The notes: generated from the sequence alone by a model not told the origin. A DNA stretch of 64,000 bases from Tubulanus polymorphus (GCF_964204645.1 NC_134035.1:7348451-7412450), one strand, 5' to 3'. Positions 24,529 to 38,789 are shown, counted from the first letter of the stretch. Numbers and translations: made by a program.

Positions 24529-25520
24529 CGGACCCGTAATCTTCCACATGGTGCCGTGACCAGGATCAAGCAAAAAGACTGACACGACGCAATATTCACG
24601 ACTCGCCGGAGACAATCCAAGAACACAGAAAATCAACAACAGTTTATACACATAGCGCCAATAAACATGCAACGAATATCGACGACGGCTGCCATTGACT
24701 CTCGTCGATAGAACCAATTCTACAAAAACAAGATACGACCGAACAAGATTTGACCACTTTGGAAGCTACCCTGGAAGAACTGCGATCATTACACGAAAAA
24801 TATGACGAACTTTCCACCAAGATTCAATCAGCGATGAAAACAGCAGAGAAGAGAGAATAAAACTCATTAGTGTGAACAAATTCATAACAGCGTGTTTACC
24901 ATCATCAAAAGCTGCAGAGCCTCAACTGAAATCTTCAGCTCAACTGCCGAAATCACAGATTCCGACCTTTGATGGATCTTACACCGAATGGACCGCCTTC
25001 TGGGAGATAATCACGGTAGACGTTTTATCGGGAAAGTACTCGGACATTACGAAATTTAATTACATAATGGGGCAACTACGCGGAAAAGCGCTTGAATCAG
25101 TGAGAGGCATTCACGCATCGGGGGCGAACTTATCAACGCTTACGCAGATTCTCATGGATAAGTTTGGCCAACAACGAAAAATCGTTAGGGCGCACGTAAA
25201 CGAGATAATCGACGTATATCCACCCGTTTGGGAATTCGAATCACTAAACCAGTTTTACAATCAGGTTAACGCAAACCTTTGGTCAATAGACCATCTGGGA
25301 ATCTATATCGAAAGCTGTTCATCATTCGTTATACCGTTGCTAGAACGTAAACTGCCCAAATCGTTACGAGAGAGGATGGGCACATGTGGTCAAACGGACA
25401 GATTCGAGATCCGGCTATTTATGGAAGCACTCACCAAACAGCTGGATAGTTTAGGTGAGTAAGTAGGTGAAAGTGTGGAATATAATGCAGTGAAATCCAC
25501 TGGAATGTTCGTTAGTATAC

Positions 25521-28500
25521 TGTGGGCTATGATTGTCACATCAAATGGTCCAGGTTTGAGTAAAATAAGCAAGACCGCCGGAGAGGTGAAGAACGACCAA
25601 TATCTTTGGTGTCTAAGTAAACTCTGATTTATTTATCTACTCGCTACAGCATAACTTCATGCGGGGCTTACATAGGCGGGGTTACATGAACTGAGGGGAG
25701 TGCGTTACTGGTAACTGACATATAACAATTCCCGACATTCTCCCGGGCGACAGAAAATTACTAGATAGATGTAATTAAGAAAAATGTTACTACAACTAAA
25801 TAATATCGATATTCGAATAAATGATGCATGTATATTGTTATAAATTTATGATAGTCAGATAAGGAACTACTGACAACTAAAAATGATGTGTATAATTGAA
25901 ATTAATTCTAAAACTAAGATTATACAGTCTATTACATTGCGTTGTGTTAGTTGTTTAGGTCCGAGTGACCTAGCGTTGACCTGAGCGGTTATCAATTAAT
26001 TAACTACTACATGTATCAGACAGCACGTTAGCCCATCTACTGATGTTATTTCTAGCCTCGGCAGCTGCCTTTCTCGTCGAATGACGTGTGACGGGTGCAG
26101 AATTTACGTTTGAGTCCGGTTTGCACGTGTTCGAGGGATCTGCGGCGCGCACTTCAAGAGGGTAGAGTTTGCTAATTGGTCGATTAGTCCTGCCATTCGA
26201 AATTTTGATCTTAGCGGTTCTAACTAAGCCGTCGTTCCCCGGAACGAGTTCCTCGACCAGTGCTAGTTTCCATTTCAGACGCGAATTATGATTGTCGTCG
26301 TGTACTAACACGACATCACCCTTTCTGATGGTATTTCCAGTTAATCCGCGATTTTTAAATTGGATGTGTCTTTCGCGTAGGGCTGTTACGTATTCCTCAG
26401 CCCAACGTTTCCACAGATGTTGTTTTAATGAACCGATTCGCACCGAACGTTTTTCGAATTCTGACGGCACATTTCCAAGCGTCGGGTCGGTCAGTTCATC
26501 GTAACTTACGAACAGATGCGGTAAACTCGTGAGAACGCGACCGTGAAGGAAATGTGACGGGGTTAAAGGTTCTGGGTCGTCCACATCAGATGAACAGTAC
26601 GATATCGGGCGATTATTTACAGCTTGTTCAGTCTCTGATACGATCGTAATCAATTCCAGCAGGGATATTCGCGCACGCCCCAGAACTTTTTTGATCGCGG
26701 TTTTTGTTATTCCAACTAGCCTTTCGTAAAATCCACCAAACCAGGGGGCTCGACGAGTTATCATGACCCACTCTGATCGGTGTAGGCTGAAGTACTTTCG
26801 GGTTTCGATCGATTCGTATATCTTTTTGATAGCATTGTTACTCGCAATAAAGGTTGATTGGTTGTCCGATATTATTTTCTGCGGTAACGAACGTCTGGCA
26901 GCCATTCTCCTCAACGCGTGTAGGAATGTTGACGTAGTCATGTCCGTTACCACTTCCAGATGGATGGCACGCGTGTTGGCGCAAGTAAACAAGCATATAT
27001 ACGCGAGTGACTCCTCTCCGGATTTCGACCGAAGATGTAGTGCACCGGTGAAATCTAAACCACAGACGGTGAAGGGTGGAGCCTCTTTCAAACGCGAAGA
27101 TTGTAACGGAGCGCAGTTTGGTAACGAGTACGGTTTACCGGTGATATATTTGCATATGACGCATTTTCTCAACAACTTCCGAGCCACTTGACGAACACGA
27201 GTAATCCAATACTTTTGTCGGACTACGGTTATAGTAGATTCTGTACCGAGGTGTTTGACCTTATTATGGGAATCCAGTACGATTAATTCACTATATCTAC
27301 AATGAGGTAACAATATCGGAAACTTTGCATCGTATCCGATGGGCGCGTTGGAGACGGCCTCCAACACGAATGATATCATCTTCTAAAAACAAACGAAGTT
27401 TCGTTACGAGTGATGGCCTTTTCTTAGATTTATGTTCTAAACTAACTTTCACGTCATTGAAGTAACTCGATTGAACACCTTTGTTCCATAGATCTTCGCA
27501 TTCTGCTATTTCGTTAGTAGTTATTTCATCCGATTCATGGTTTTCGCGTCTTAACTTTTTAATAAATCGTCGAACTAGCGCGGTTACGCGTAATAGCCTT
27601 GTTAACGAAGTGAAATCGTTCTGATCTATTACGTTACATATTCCGACTTCGTTGGTTTCGCAGATTTTTTCGTCAGGCTGTTTGTCCTCGTCCATTTCGG
27701 TTATGAGCAAAACTGCTCGATCGATCGTGTCGCAGGTGGGATAATTACCGTTGCTAAGCCAGCTAGGGCCATTCCACCAGAGCGTGCATCGCGTAATTTG
27801 TTCGCACGATATTCCTCTGCTTAACATATCAGCCGGATTGTCACTCGTCGGACAATATTTATAGCGACCGATAGTTGTCACCGATTTAATTTGACGCACG
27901 CGATTAGCTGCGAAGACGGGAAGCTTTTTCTCGGAGTTGATCCAGTGTAACACAATCTGGCTATCTGACCAGAGCACGCACTTTGTTATGACTATTTCAG
28001 TAATCAGACTGTTTCGAACGTAATCTGTTAATTTAGCACCAATCAACGCAGCCATTAATTCTAACTGCGGTATCGTATGTTTTTTAACAGGTGCCACACG
28101 CGATTTAGACATGACGAGTACCGTCTGATCTCCACGTTTTAGATAGACGCAAGCGCCGTATGCCAATTGGCTCGCATCGCAGAAAGTGTGCAATTCGTAC
28201 TTAGCTTCCGATTTCGCTTCCGATTTCGAGTAGCGTCGATCAACGCGTATTTCGCTAATTTCACGCAATTCCGTTATCAACGAGATCCACGATTCGAATA
28301 CGCGCTCGGGTAGGGTTTCGTCCCACTCATAACCTTCCGTCCACAACTGCTGTACGAACATCTTCGACTTAATATGGACAGGCGAGACGTATCCTAACGG
28401 GTCATAAAGGCTCGAGACAGCCTTAACGATTTCGCGTTTGGTAATCAAGTCAGGATTGGCGAACGCTTGTTTGTTTTTGAATGACAGCGTATCATTCACC

Positions 28501-31500
28501 GTATCCCATTGGAGTCCGAGCGTAGAAACAATAGTTTTCTCGTCCGATAAATTATCGGAATCTGCTTTGGCCTTTAGTAACGAAGAGTTAGAAGCATAAG
28601 ACTGAAGTTTAAATCCGCCGTTTTTCATTATGCTATTGATATTCGTATAGTATTTCATGAGATCGCTCTCAGATTCACATCCACTAATCGCGTTGTCGAC
28701 ATATATATTTTTAACTAAGTCACGTGATACATGGTTATTATAATTATTTAGATGAAAACGAACAGTAGCATTTTATATAAAGGGTGAACTCACCACGCCG
28801 AACAATATAACCTTGAAGCGATAGGTTTTGAGTTCACTTTCTGGATTCTTAGGATCAGTCAACCATAGAAATTTCGTATACTCGCGATCATCATCGTGCA
28901 GACCAACTTGAAGAAACGCCTTTTCGATATCCGCCGACAATCCGAATTTATGCAACCTGAATCTGATCGGGATTGAACCGAGGTCATTCAGCAGCGTCGG
29001 ACCGGTCTCCAAACAATCATTTAAACTAGGGTTTCCCGCGGTCGATAAAGACGCGTTATAGACGATACGGATAGGGGTTGTTGACGATTCCTTCTTGACC
29101 GCGCGATGCGGTAAATAATGACCTATGTTTCGGTCATCATCTGTGACTTCTTCGATGAAGTCTCGCGATAATTGATCCATGATAATGTTGTGGTAAACAT
29201 TTCGAATTTGCGGCGATAGCCGACGAATCATCGATTGTGTTATGTTTCGAGTAACATAGTAATTAGTCGGAAGAGGGGCGTGTCCACTCTTCCACGGCAA
29301 CTTCGCAGTATACCGTCCCGTGTCGGATGTCGTCAGGCTTGATTGACAGTAGTCGAGTAGATTGAATTCTTTTGAAGCCGCATCTGTTGCATCAGTTACG
29401 CCTATGGATTCGAGATCCCCGAATTTTTGGAGGTTGACTTCCTCCGAACGATGTGACGTAACATCCACGTTGTAAACTCGTGCGGAATTTATTGGATCGC
29501 AATCACTAAGCGGTCCAGAGAGAAGATACCCTAATTTCGAAGATACTGCCGTGGGTCCATTTCCGCGGATTGTGTGGTTACCGACCACTGACCAATAGAA
29601 ATCGGCACCGATTAAAATGTCGATTTCGAAGTGTGATTCGGTAGAAAACGGATGCGCTAATTTCAAACATTTCAGATACGGTAAATCTTTGATAGATCTG
29701 CCGGTTTGGTTTCGCATTGTCGACGCAATTTGTGGAACAATTAACGCCGTTATCGGTATGTCGGTTTCATCAGAACATAGTGTTCGCAACAATCAGTGAC
29801 CGCGCACTTGATTGTTTCGCGCCAAATGTGTTGATCGATATAGTTTCGGTTTCTTCACTGTTTATATATAATCTTTCGGCTGTTCTTTGAGTAATAAAAC
29901 TCCGCTGAGCGCCCTCGTCGAACAAGATGTTTACGTTAGTCGTTACGCCTTCGCGACTTTTTGCGTTCGCGATAGCTGTTTTTAATAACACTGTTCCTTC
30001 GGCGGCGCCCAGATACTGATGTCAATCCCTGTCAGCTTTCTCATCGGTTGATTTTGCGACCACAGGTGTGGTTGATTTTGCATCTAAATGAACTGATGTG
30101 TGATGCTTTTTGCCGCAGTTTGTAACTCTGCATCTGTTTTTCGATAAGCATTTCGTCGATTTGTGACCGCTCGAGAGACAATTAAAGCATAAATTATCCC
30201 TAGCAACAATTTCTCTGCGTTTTGCAGCATCTGGAAACGTTTTACAGTCCACCGCAACGTGATTGATCTTTTTGCAGAACGCACATTTTCGATCGTTTTC
30301 CCGTAAAAAATTATGTCTGTTTTTCGCCGTTACTGCGAACGCTCCCACGGTCGGCGAATTGGCGGGAAAATCATCCTCTATCGTAAGGCTTTCGATACTA
30401 GCCTCGAAGGCCTCAATTTCTTTTAGGAGTGACTTTCTTAGATCAGTCAGGCTCCAAGCATTGTTGCCGTGGTCTCTGGTAATCTGTTGTTTAGTTCCGC
30501 TCGGTAGTTTTTCCATTATGATGGGTACTAACAGATCTCCGTACGATTCTTCGGATTTTCCGAGTGAATTTAATCCACGAATATAAGATTCCAGAGAGTC
30601 ATAGAAATTCCGTAGTGAGTTGTCGCGATCACTCGGTGGTGAAAGCTCCCACAACGCTTTCATGTATGCGGCCACAATTTTGTGTGGTGTCCCGTACCGG
30701 TTTAACAAAAGTTCCAAAGCTTGATTATAATGTTCGTTTGTTAAACTCAGGTTTTCGATCGTTTTTGCAGCGTCGCCCTTTAGCTGTGCGGACAGATATT
30801 GGAAGTTTTGGATATTCGTTAAGTTCTCATCACTATCAACTGCCGAGAAAAACCCATCGAAGAACGTTTGCCATTTCAGAATATCGCCATCGAATGTTGG
30901 CAAAGATAACTTCGGCAACTGGATCGGTTTTTTTTCGCAGTTTTTTGTTGCTCGGATTTCATGCGCGTTGTCGGTTCGATTTGATTCTTTTTCCGTTCGA
31001 GGTATCCGATGAAGGTTGATAGTTCGATGTTTATTTCGTTCATATAATCATCGGTTTCACACACGAGGTCTTCGAGTTTCCCTAACTCTGCGTTCGCAAT
31101 CAGTTCCGAATCATATCCTGCGATAACTTCCAATTTTGTACGTATTCTAGTTATGACGCCAGACAATTTGTCTAGGCTTTCGTCACTTTCCGAATGAAGT
31201 AACTCCCTCGCCTGATCAAAAAGTTTCGTCATCTGTCGAATTTGCGCATTTCGCATTATCTCTTCTTTCGACGGCATCTTGGCTGAGTTTCCGAATTTAC
31301 TGCTTGTATATCCTGGTCACGGCACCAAAATGTGGGCTATGATTGCCACATTAAATGGTCCAGTTTTGAGTAAAATAAGCAAGACCGCCGGAGAGGTGAA
31401 CAACGACCAATATGTTTGGTGTCTAAGTAAACTCTGATTTATTTATCTACTCGCTACAGCATAACTTCATGCGGGGCTTACATAGGCGGGGTTACATGAA

Positions 31501-31547
31501 CTGAGGGGAGTGCGTTACTGGTGACTGACATATAACAATTCCCGACA
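25521..31547 (-). mobile_element. full-length BEL/Pao retrotransposon B with several frameshifts
   Basis: 217-bp LTRs 25521-25737 and 31331-31547 (6 mismatches); PBS 31310-31327; PPT CGCCCGGGAGAA; TSD TATAC/TTTAC; gag, LFDEGAQRSF protease, DIEKAF/YVDN RT, FCDAS RNase H, GLDFTG/ISDN/YERLV integrase. Confidence 0.95.
26000..31277 (-). pseudogene. gag-pol polyprotein of element B, broken into six ORF pieces
   Basis: ORFs 30876-31277, 30022-30918, 29770-29991, 28773-29792, 27297-28658, 26000-27379 in gag-PR-RT-RH-IN order. Confidence 0.92.
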
Positions 31548-31767
31548 TTTACCGAAACCGAATTTGTGTGTATTCTGCGGTCAGAACCACCGATTCTATC
31601 AATGCCGTTTGAGTGCTAACGATCGTCACTCTGCAATCACACGCAAAAAATTATGTTTCAATTGTCACAGTACAACTAGCATCCCCGTACAACAGGCATC
31701 CCATAGCAGACTGCGCACGCGTCAATATGCACTGCGCATGCGCCAATAGCAGACAGCTTTTCGCCGT

Positions 31768-32320
31768 GCAAAAACCGTAAAGTTTCCCAAGTCTCTGTTT
31801 ATAACGCATGCGCATTAGGAAGTGTTGGGGAAATCCTTTAAGTCCAGAAACTGGTCGCGTGCGCATGCGTCGCTACATGTGTATTTTTTCCTAAACTGGG
31901 TCATGTCAGAACGCTGAAACATAGAACTATAACGGAATGAACCTGCATCAACTTTTGCGCAGCGGGAAGGCGCAGTTTGTTTGGTCACTTAAGAGGATCA
32001 TTTGTATTTTTTGGAATGACAGGTGTTCAAGTGGTCTTGCCATAAGCTGAAAATCTAAGATATATATCGGTATATTAAAAAGGATGAATGTATCTTTCTG
32101 CTACACATTCGGGATTCGAACCTAATAGCACTTAAAAGTGAATCATGGGTCTATCAAAGTTCATTGTTTCATATTCGGGATGCTGCAACTTTTTCCTTGG
32201 CAAACAATAACCCAGCGACACTTTAATCATCAGCAGATTTCGCGACTTAGAGCAATTCCAGCACTGACTAATGCGCATGCGTTAGGTAGATACGGAGACT
32301 TGGGAAACTTTACGGTTTTT
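31768..32320 (-). mobile_element. MITE copy 2, inverted relative to copy 1, with an internal deletion
   Basis: reverse complement of 23763-24528 lacking about 23853-24040. Confidence 0.85.
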
Positions 32321-32415
32321 CTGACAGCAGAGCCAGCATTTACCGTAATCAATCGCGCCGTGCTTTTTGTTTCCGATAATATACTTATCGATTTATTTAA
32401 CTATCATCAATAAAA

Positions 32416-32536
32416 ATGGATCCTGCTGAAGCAACGAACCTTTCTAATTACCTGTTGAATGGCCAATACCCAGCCGATTTTACAAAGGCGATGAAGTGTA
32501 CTCTGAGAAAGAAAGCGAAGCATTTTACCATGCAAG
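32416..32536 (+). pseudogene. first exon of a Ginger/GIN-type transposase
   Basis: MDPAEATNLSNYLLNGQYPADFTKAMKCTLRKKAKHFTMQ then GT donor; YL..G.YP.....K..LR.KA..F is the N-terminal motif of gypsy-integrase-like proteins. Confidence 0.75.
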
Positions 32537-32649
32537 GTAGGAAATGAAATATTTTCGTTTTTCAAAATAATATTTGAAAATTCATTAAAGTGTTTTAAAA
32601 TTATTTTTGAGATAGATAAATACAGTTAGGAAAAAGATATCATAGACTA

Positions 32650-35600
32650 TCAAGACTACATAATCGTAGTATCGGCATTTACCCCAATCTTTTCGTGTGA
32701 TTGGCTTTACAATTTCATTCGCAATCAAAACATCAATTTCTTTCAATCCATCCGTTGTCTCCACCGAGACTTTTACCACCTCGTAGCTCTTTCTCGACAC
32801 GTGGCCTCCGAAGCCACTGATGCACATTTCCCTTCGGCTTAAGGGTTTCAAATCTAACTGTCTCGCTAAGTCCCGTGTGACATAGCTGACTGAACTGCCT
32901 CTGTCTAAGAGTACATTCGCTTCCGATCTCATTTCGCCGTTCACCAACATCGCCTGTCCAGTCTCTATAACAAGACCGCTTTCGAACCTTACAACTCTTT
33001 CGCCATCACGTGTACTGAGTTCGCATATTTCAAATCTTTGTGATCGTCGGATCCGTGATCACCGAATGTTTCGACTTTCTCCACCGCGCAACCGGAAACC
33101 GCGTCCGATGTGTTTTTTTGCGATGTTATATCTCTATGTAGCGCGACATGATGCTTTCTGTTGCATATTCTGCAGCCCCTCGATCGGCAATTCGCACTCC
33201 CGTGACCGGGGAGCAAACACACGAAGCATAATTTCTTATTTCTTACTACCTCGTGACGTTGTTCGATATTCAACGGACAGCTGCTCGCCACGTGGCCGTT
33301 TTCGGCGCAAAAGTAGTTTAGCAAAGCTATATTCTGTCCTATTCTCGAAGAATGGTCGAACTCGGAAATCCGGAGCAGAACGAAAGAGTAACGAGTGAAC
33401 TATCAGTTTGGAATACCAAAACTGGACTGACTTTATTTTTACACATAGCTATTTATATAACACAGATTCAGACAGGTTGAGACATGGAAAATGATACAAA
33501 AACAAAGGTGAGGAGTAGTGACATGACAGTGAGACAAACAACAATTAACACATTCTGACACAGACAAACAGCCTCAGAGGACAACGAGTAATAAGATGGA
33601 GACATAAAACAATTCGTGGATACTCTGGTTTCATCATCTTTTTTTCCATTGATTGATAAGCCTACCAGATTCACCACGAACACATCCACTGTTATTGATA
33701 ATATCTTTACTAATGATTTAAATGTCAATCATACCTCCGGGATTATTTGTACTGATTTATCGGATCATTATCCTGTTTTTACAATGTGCAAGATTTTAAA
33801 TTGTTCAAATAACAGACAAAATATGAAGCGTTCTTACTGTGCCAAAAATATATCCAAGTATCGTAGACTCCTATTAAGCACTGATTGGAATGATATTTAT
33901 TCATGCTCAGAAGTTGATCAGTCCTACCATAATTTTTCAAATAAAATTAATCTTGCGTTTAATGAAGCTTCCCCCTTCTCCTGACCCAACTAAATGATAG
34001 ACAACGCCTTGAGAAGCCGTGGATTACTCCAGCGATATTTAACTCCATTAAGCACAAAAACCGACTTTATAAGAAATCAATTCGTTCTACATCCGTGGAT
34101 GTCAAGAATAGTTACAATTCTTATAAAAACATTCTTACTAAAATCTTAAGAAAAGCAGAATCTGATTATTATTCTCAAAAGTTTACCGATATAGGTACTG
34201 ATATGAAACTTAAATGGAAACTTATTAACCAGATACTTCGTAAATCATCTTCTCCTATTTTACCTAGTGTTCTTAAACAAAATAACCAGGAATTCAAAGT
34301 CGACTATCGCATAGCGTGTGGGTTTAACGATTTCTTTTCTAAAATAGGCTCACAAATTTCTGAGACTATACCTGATTTCCCTGGTCACAACTTCACATAT
34401 TACCTGAAAAATCGTACTAACGAAAATTTCTTTATGTTTCCTACTAATCCTTGTGAAATTGAATCTATAGTTAGAAATTTTTATCCGAAAAAAAAGTGCA
34501 GGGTTGGATGGTATTAGTACATCTTTACTTAAAGACACAATAGATCTAATAAATGCTCCTTTATCGCATATATTTAATTGTAGCTTCTATAATGGTATTG
34601 TTCCGTTTGACATGAAACAAGCCAAAGTTTACCCGTTATTTAAATCAGGAGATTCGGAAAATTTCAATGATTATCGTCCAATCTCTATTCTTCCGGTATT
34701 TTCAAAGATTTTAGAAAAGCTGGTCTTTAACAGATTATCCTCCTTTCTCAATAAACATAACGTTATTTCTTCAAATCAATTCGGTTTTCGATCAAATCAT
34801 TCCACAGCACTTGCTCTTGCCAAAGTAACAGACACCCTAACATCATACCTTGATAAAAAATATTCAGCCATAGGCATTTTCTTAGACCTAAAGAAGGCAT
34901 TCGACACGGTCAACCACACAATTCTGCTCGGTAAATTAGATCACTATGGTATTCGGGGTTTACCTCTCAAATGGTTCGAAAGTTACCCGTCTGATCGTGG
35001 TCAAATTGTTTGTTTTAATGGTATTAACTCGTCAAGAAGGGGTATAACTATCGGAGTTCCCCAAGGTTCTATTCTCGGTCCTCTTTTATATCTATCATTC
35101 TTAAATGATTGTGTCAATGCTTCAAAAATTCTTGACTTCACCCTTTTTGCAGATGACACAACATGCTTCGCTTATTCAAAAGATCATAAGAAGATATTCC
35201 AACTGATAAACAATGAACTCATCAAACTTCGAATGTGGTTTCAAGTTAATAAATTGTCTCTTAACCTTGAAAAATGTTATTTTATGATTTTCGGAAATTT
35301 CAAGGGTACCCCTTGTGCCATAAAAATTGGAAATGTCCCAATAAAGCAAGTTCATTCCACAAAATTTCTTGGTTTATATATTGATAGTAAACTGACGTAG
35401 TCTGACCACATATCATTTGTCTGTAAAAAGATCTCTCGTAGTATTGGTGTTTTGAATAGAGTTAAAAGACGATTGCCAGTTTTAGTGATGAAAACCTTAT
35501 ACTATAGTTTTGTTTACCCGTATCTCCAATACTGCAATTTTATCTGGGGCAATAACTACGAATCGAGAATCAGGCCAATAATCCTACTTCAAAAGCGTGC

Positions 35601-37519
35601 GATCAGGGTAATATCGAAGGTTACCTTCTTTGACCATACAGCCCCCATCTTCAAAAACTTAGGTATCCTTACTTTTCGAGCAATGACGAAATTTCAATTG
35701 TGCTTTTTCATATTTAAATATAAGAATTCACTACTGCCTAACTCGTTTTCAGATTATTTTTCATTAAATTCCGACTTTCACCATCATCATACTCGAAACC
35801 GTCATGCATTCAAAGTAGAACAATTTAGAACCAATCGAAAGAAATTTTCATTAAAAGTATCAGCCCCTTTAACTTGGAATAACTTACCTTACTCACTGAA
35901 GATCATTGGATCAGTATCCCCTCCAGTTTTTAAACGTGCTCTCTAACAGTATCTTCTCAATTAATGTTTCGATAACCTTGCCAGTCTCTGCCATCTGGCA
36001 CTTAAATATTTTCAGTGTGAATGTAGTGTGAAAGAGAGTGTGATTGTGTGTACGGGGGTGGCATGAATATCATATAAACCTTAACAGGTTTCTTCATGTT
36101 TCCCTCCATCTTGAATTTTTGTATTTGTATTACTTTGTACGATTATTATAATTCAAAATGGAAAAATAAAATAATAATAATAATAAAGAAATACGAAATA
36201 TAGATGAAATATGTATAAAAATTATCAGTGATATTAAGTGTTGTTAAAGTAGCAACCCAAATTAGCACCTGCGAACATTTCGGCGCTACAACTTGGTCTC
36301 GATTTAGCATGCGTCTGAGAATACGGTTTTCGATCTGTCGGTAGTGACTCAAAACTTTCGCCCAAATTTTCTAGCTGTTCCGTTAAACTTGCCAGACATT
36401 TTTCCACGTCAAATTTATCGCCTTGACCGCACGTTCCGATTTTCTGCGCTATCTCTTTTGGTACTTTACGTTCAATCAGCGGTACTATAAACGAAGCGCA
36501 CTGGTCAATTTGCATACCGAGGTGTTGTAACGATCGGATGTCACCTTTGATCTGGTTTATAAAATGACGCAGAGACGAATGATTAAACGACGGTGTTTTT
36601 ATGTCGACCAGATTGTTCACGTGAGCTCTTACGATTTTCCGAGGTTGCCCGTTACTTTCTATCAACGTGGCGATTAAGTTTTCTAAATTGTCCCCCGAGG
36701 CGTGTAGTCCCCGGACGGTTTCAATAGCTACAGCTTTTAATTGCCCGATGATGTAGTTGAATTTTGTGATATTCGGATAGTTCGATTTCAAAATATCCGT
36801 TTCGATTGTTTCCCAAAACGACGTCCATTCGGTGAAATTGCCATCGAATGTCGGCAAATTTAATCGCGGCAATTTAGCGGTCGGTAACTTCTGCTCATCG
36901 TGTTTTATAATCGGTGAACTTACGGGTTCCTGTTTCTGTCTAAATCTCTTAATCGTGAGCAGTTTCTTGCGTTGCTCACTGCGATTCTCGACGATCTCAT
37001 GCAAATATGCGGCGAACTTATCTGGCTGATTCTCGCAAGCCTGCTCCAGCGCTTCGTTCGTCACATTACATTTTTCATACAGTTCTTTCAATTCCTCGAG
37101 CGATGCGTCAACGTGATTTCCGTCCTCTTCACTCACAGATTTCTTTTTGAGAACCTTTTCCGTTCTCCGATATTCCCTATCGAAAGCCGTTTGAAGCGCG
37201 CCAACTTTCGCCTTCAAATTCGCTATTACTGTGTCTGTCTCTGCCATCCTGGTCACGGCACCATGAAGTTAATTGTGGTAACTTATAAAACCAGCGTTGT
37301 GGGTCGCAATATGTTGACCAGGGACGGCTAAAGGCTGAGACAAGACCGGGAGCCTGAGAGAGTAACAAGTCCGAACACGTTGGTTTCTTGATGCTAACTG
37401 ATGATATTTATTCTGTACTACACTAACACAAACTAAAAATAGGTTACAGTCACAGTTCTTGGCCACTCAGGGGTCAGTTATACTATGGCCAGCATCTGGC
37501 ATGGATTAGCTATCTTACA
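32650..37519 (-). mobile_element. BEL/Pao element C: 5' LTR (~37264-37519), PBS 37246-37263, gag and protease, interrupted by a LINE and truncated after the protease
   Basis: same tRNA-His-type PBS; LPRLNLPTFDG..W.SFWE; FCAENGHVASSC..LCFVC..GH...C..C..C..KHH; VLLDRGSSVSYV. Confidence 0.88.
33600..36190 (+). mobile_element. 5'-truncated CR1/L2-group LINE inside the gag of element C
   Basis: endonuclease end PTR..IDNIF..SDHYPV; RT YRPISILP, QFGFR, DLKKAFDTV, GVPQGSILGP, FADDT; stops/frameshifts; (AAT) tail. Confidence 0.92.
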
Positions 37520-37553
37520 TGACGGCCCACCGAAATACTCTCAGAATTAACCA

Positions 37554-38735
37554 TAAAATCCAAAATAAAACATGATATTAATGATATTTTGAATAAAAGA
37601 CATTCGATTAACCATTACTTATGACTTTAAAGGAGGGGATGCATGTTATACTGTACCATCTGACAGTATTAGAGCTACCCCCCAAATAGATTGATATTAA
37701 AACAACCATTGCAATTAATAACTTCAAAATCTAAAATAAAACATGATATTGATAAGATTTTGAATAAGATACATTCTGATTAACCATTACTTATGACTTT
37801 AAAGGGGGATGCATGTTATACTGTACCAGCTGACAGTATTAGAGCTACCCCGAATGGATTGATATTAATACAACCAGGGCAATTAATAACTTCAAAATCC
37901 AAAATAAAACATGATATTAATGATATTTTGAATAAAATACATTCTGATTAACCATTTCTTATGACTTTAAAGGAGGGGATGCATGTTATACTGTTCCATC
38001 TGACAGTATTAGAGCTACCCCCTAATAGATTGATATTAAAACATCTGGGCAATTAATAACTTCAAAATCTAAAATAAAATATGATATTGATAACATTTTG
38101 AATAAGATACATTCTGATTAACCATTACTTATGACTTTAAAGGAGGGGATGCATGTTATACTGTACCATCTGACAGTATCAGAGCTACCCCCTAATAGAT
38201 TGATATTAAAACATCTGGGCAATTAATAACTTCAAAATCTAAAATAAAACATGATATTGATAAGATTTTGAATAAGATACATTCTGATTAACCATTACTT
38301 ATGACTTTAAAGGGGGATGCATGTTATACTGTACCATCTGACAGTATTAGAGCTACCCCCTAATAGATTGATATTAAAACAACCAGGGTATTTAATAACT
38401 TCAAAATCCAAAATAAAACATGATATTAATGATATTTTGAATAAGATACATTCTGATTAACCATTACTTATGACTTTAAAGGAGGGGATGCATGTTATAC
38501 TGTTCCATCTGACAGTATTAGAGCTACCCCCTAATAGATTGATATTAAAACAACCATTGCAATTAATAACTTCAAAATCTAAAATAAAACATGATATTAA
38601 TCATATTTTGAACAAGATACATTCTAATTAACCATTACTTATGACTTTAAAGGGGGATGCATGTTATACCGTACCAGCTGACAGTGTTAGAGCTATCCCC
38701 TGATAAAATGATATTAAGATACTGGAGGACAATTG
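37554..38735 (+). repeat. ~170-bp satellite, about 7 units
   Basis: ATGACTTTAAAG recurs at 37621, 37793, 37961, 38131, 38301, 38470, 38641. Confidence 0.95.
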
Positions 38736-38789
38736 TTATTCAAAATATAGCTGCATAGCAGCGATAACGGGTTTTCTGCACAGTCTTGA

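Larger units (their letters stand above)
23568..31680 (+). mobile_element. BEL/Pao element A: LTR (23568-24548, split by a MITE), tRNA-His-type PBS, decayed gag interrupted by element B, truncated after the zinc knuckle
   Basis: TGT..CA LTR with AATAAA; TGGTGCCGTGACCAGGAT at 24549; LPKSQIPTFDG..W..FWE (DUF1759-like); gag resumes at 31553 as CVFCGQNH..C...KKLCFNC. Confidence 0.85.

Noticed and set aside
23763-32320. Composite transposon formed by the two inverted MITE copies
   Set aside because: Copy 1 sits inside an otherwise continuous LTR and the outer flanks share no TSD
33398-33600. Unexplained ~200 bp between element C gag and the LINE
   Set aside because: Could be another element fragment; candidate TSDs (AGTG or TATCAGT) are ambiguous, so no call made
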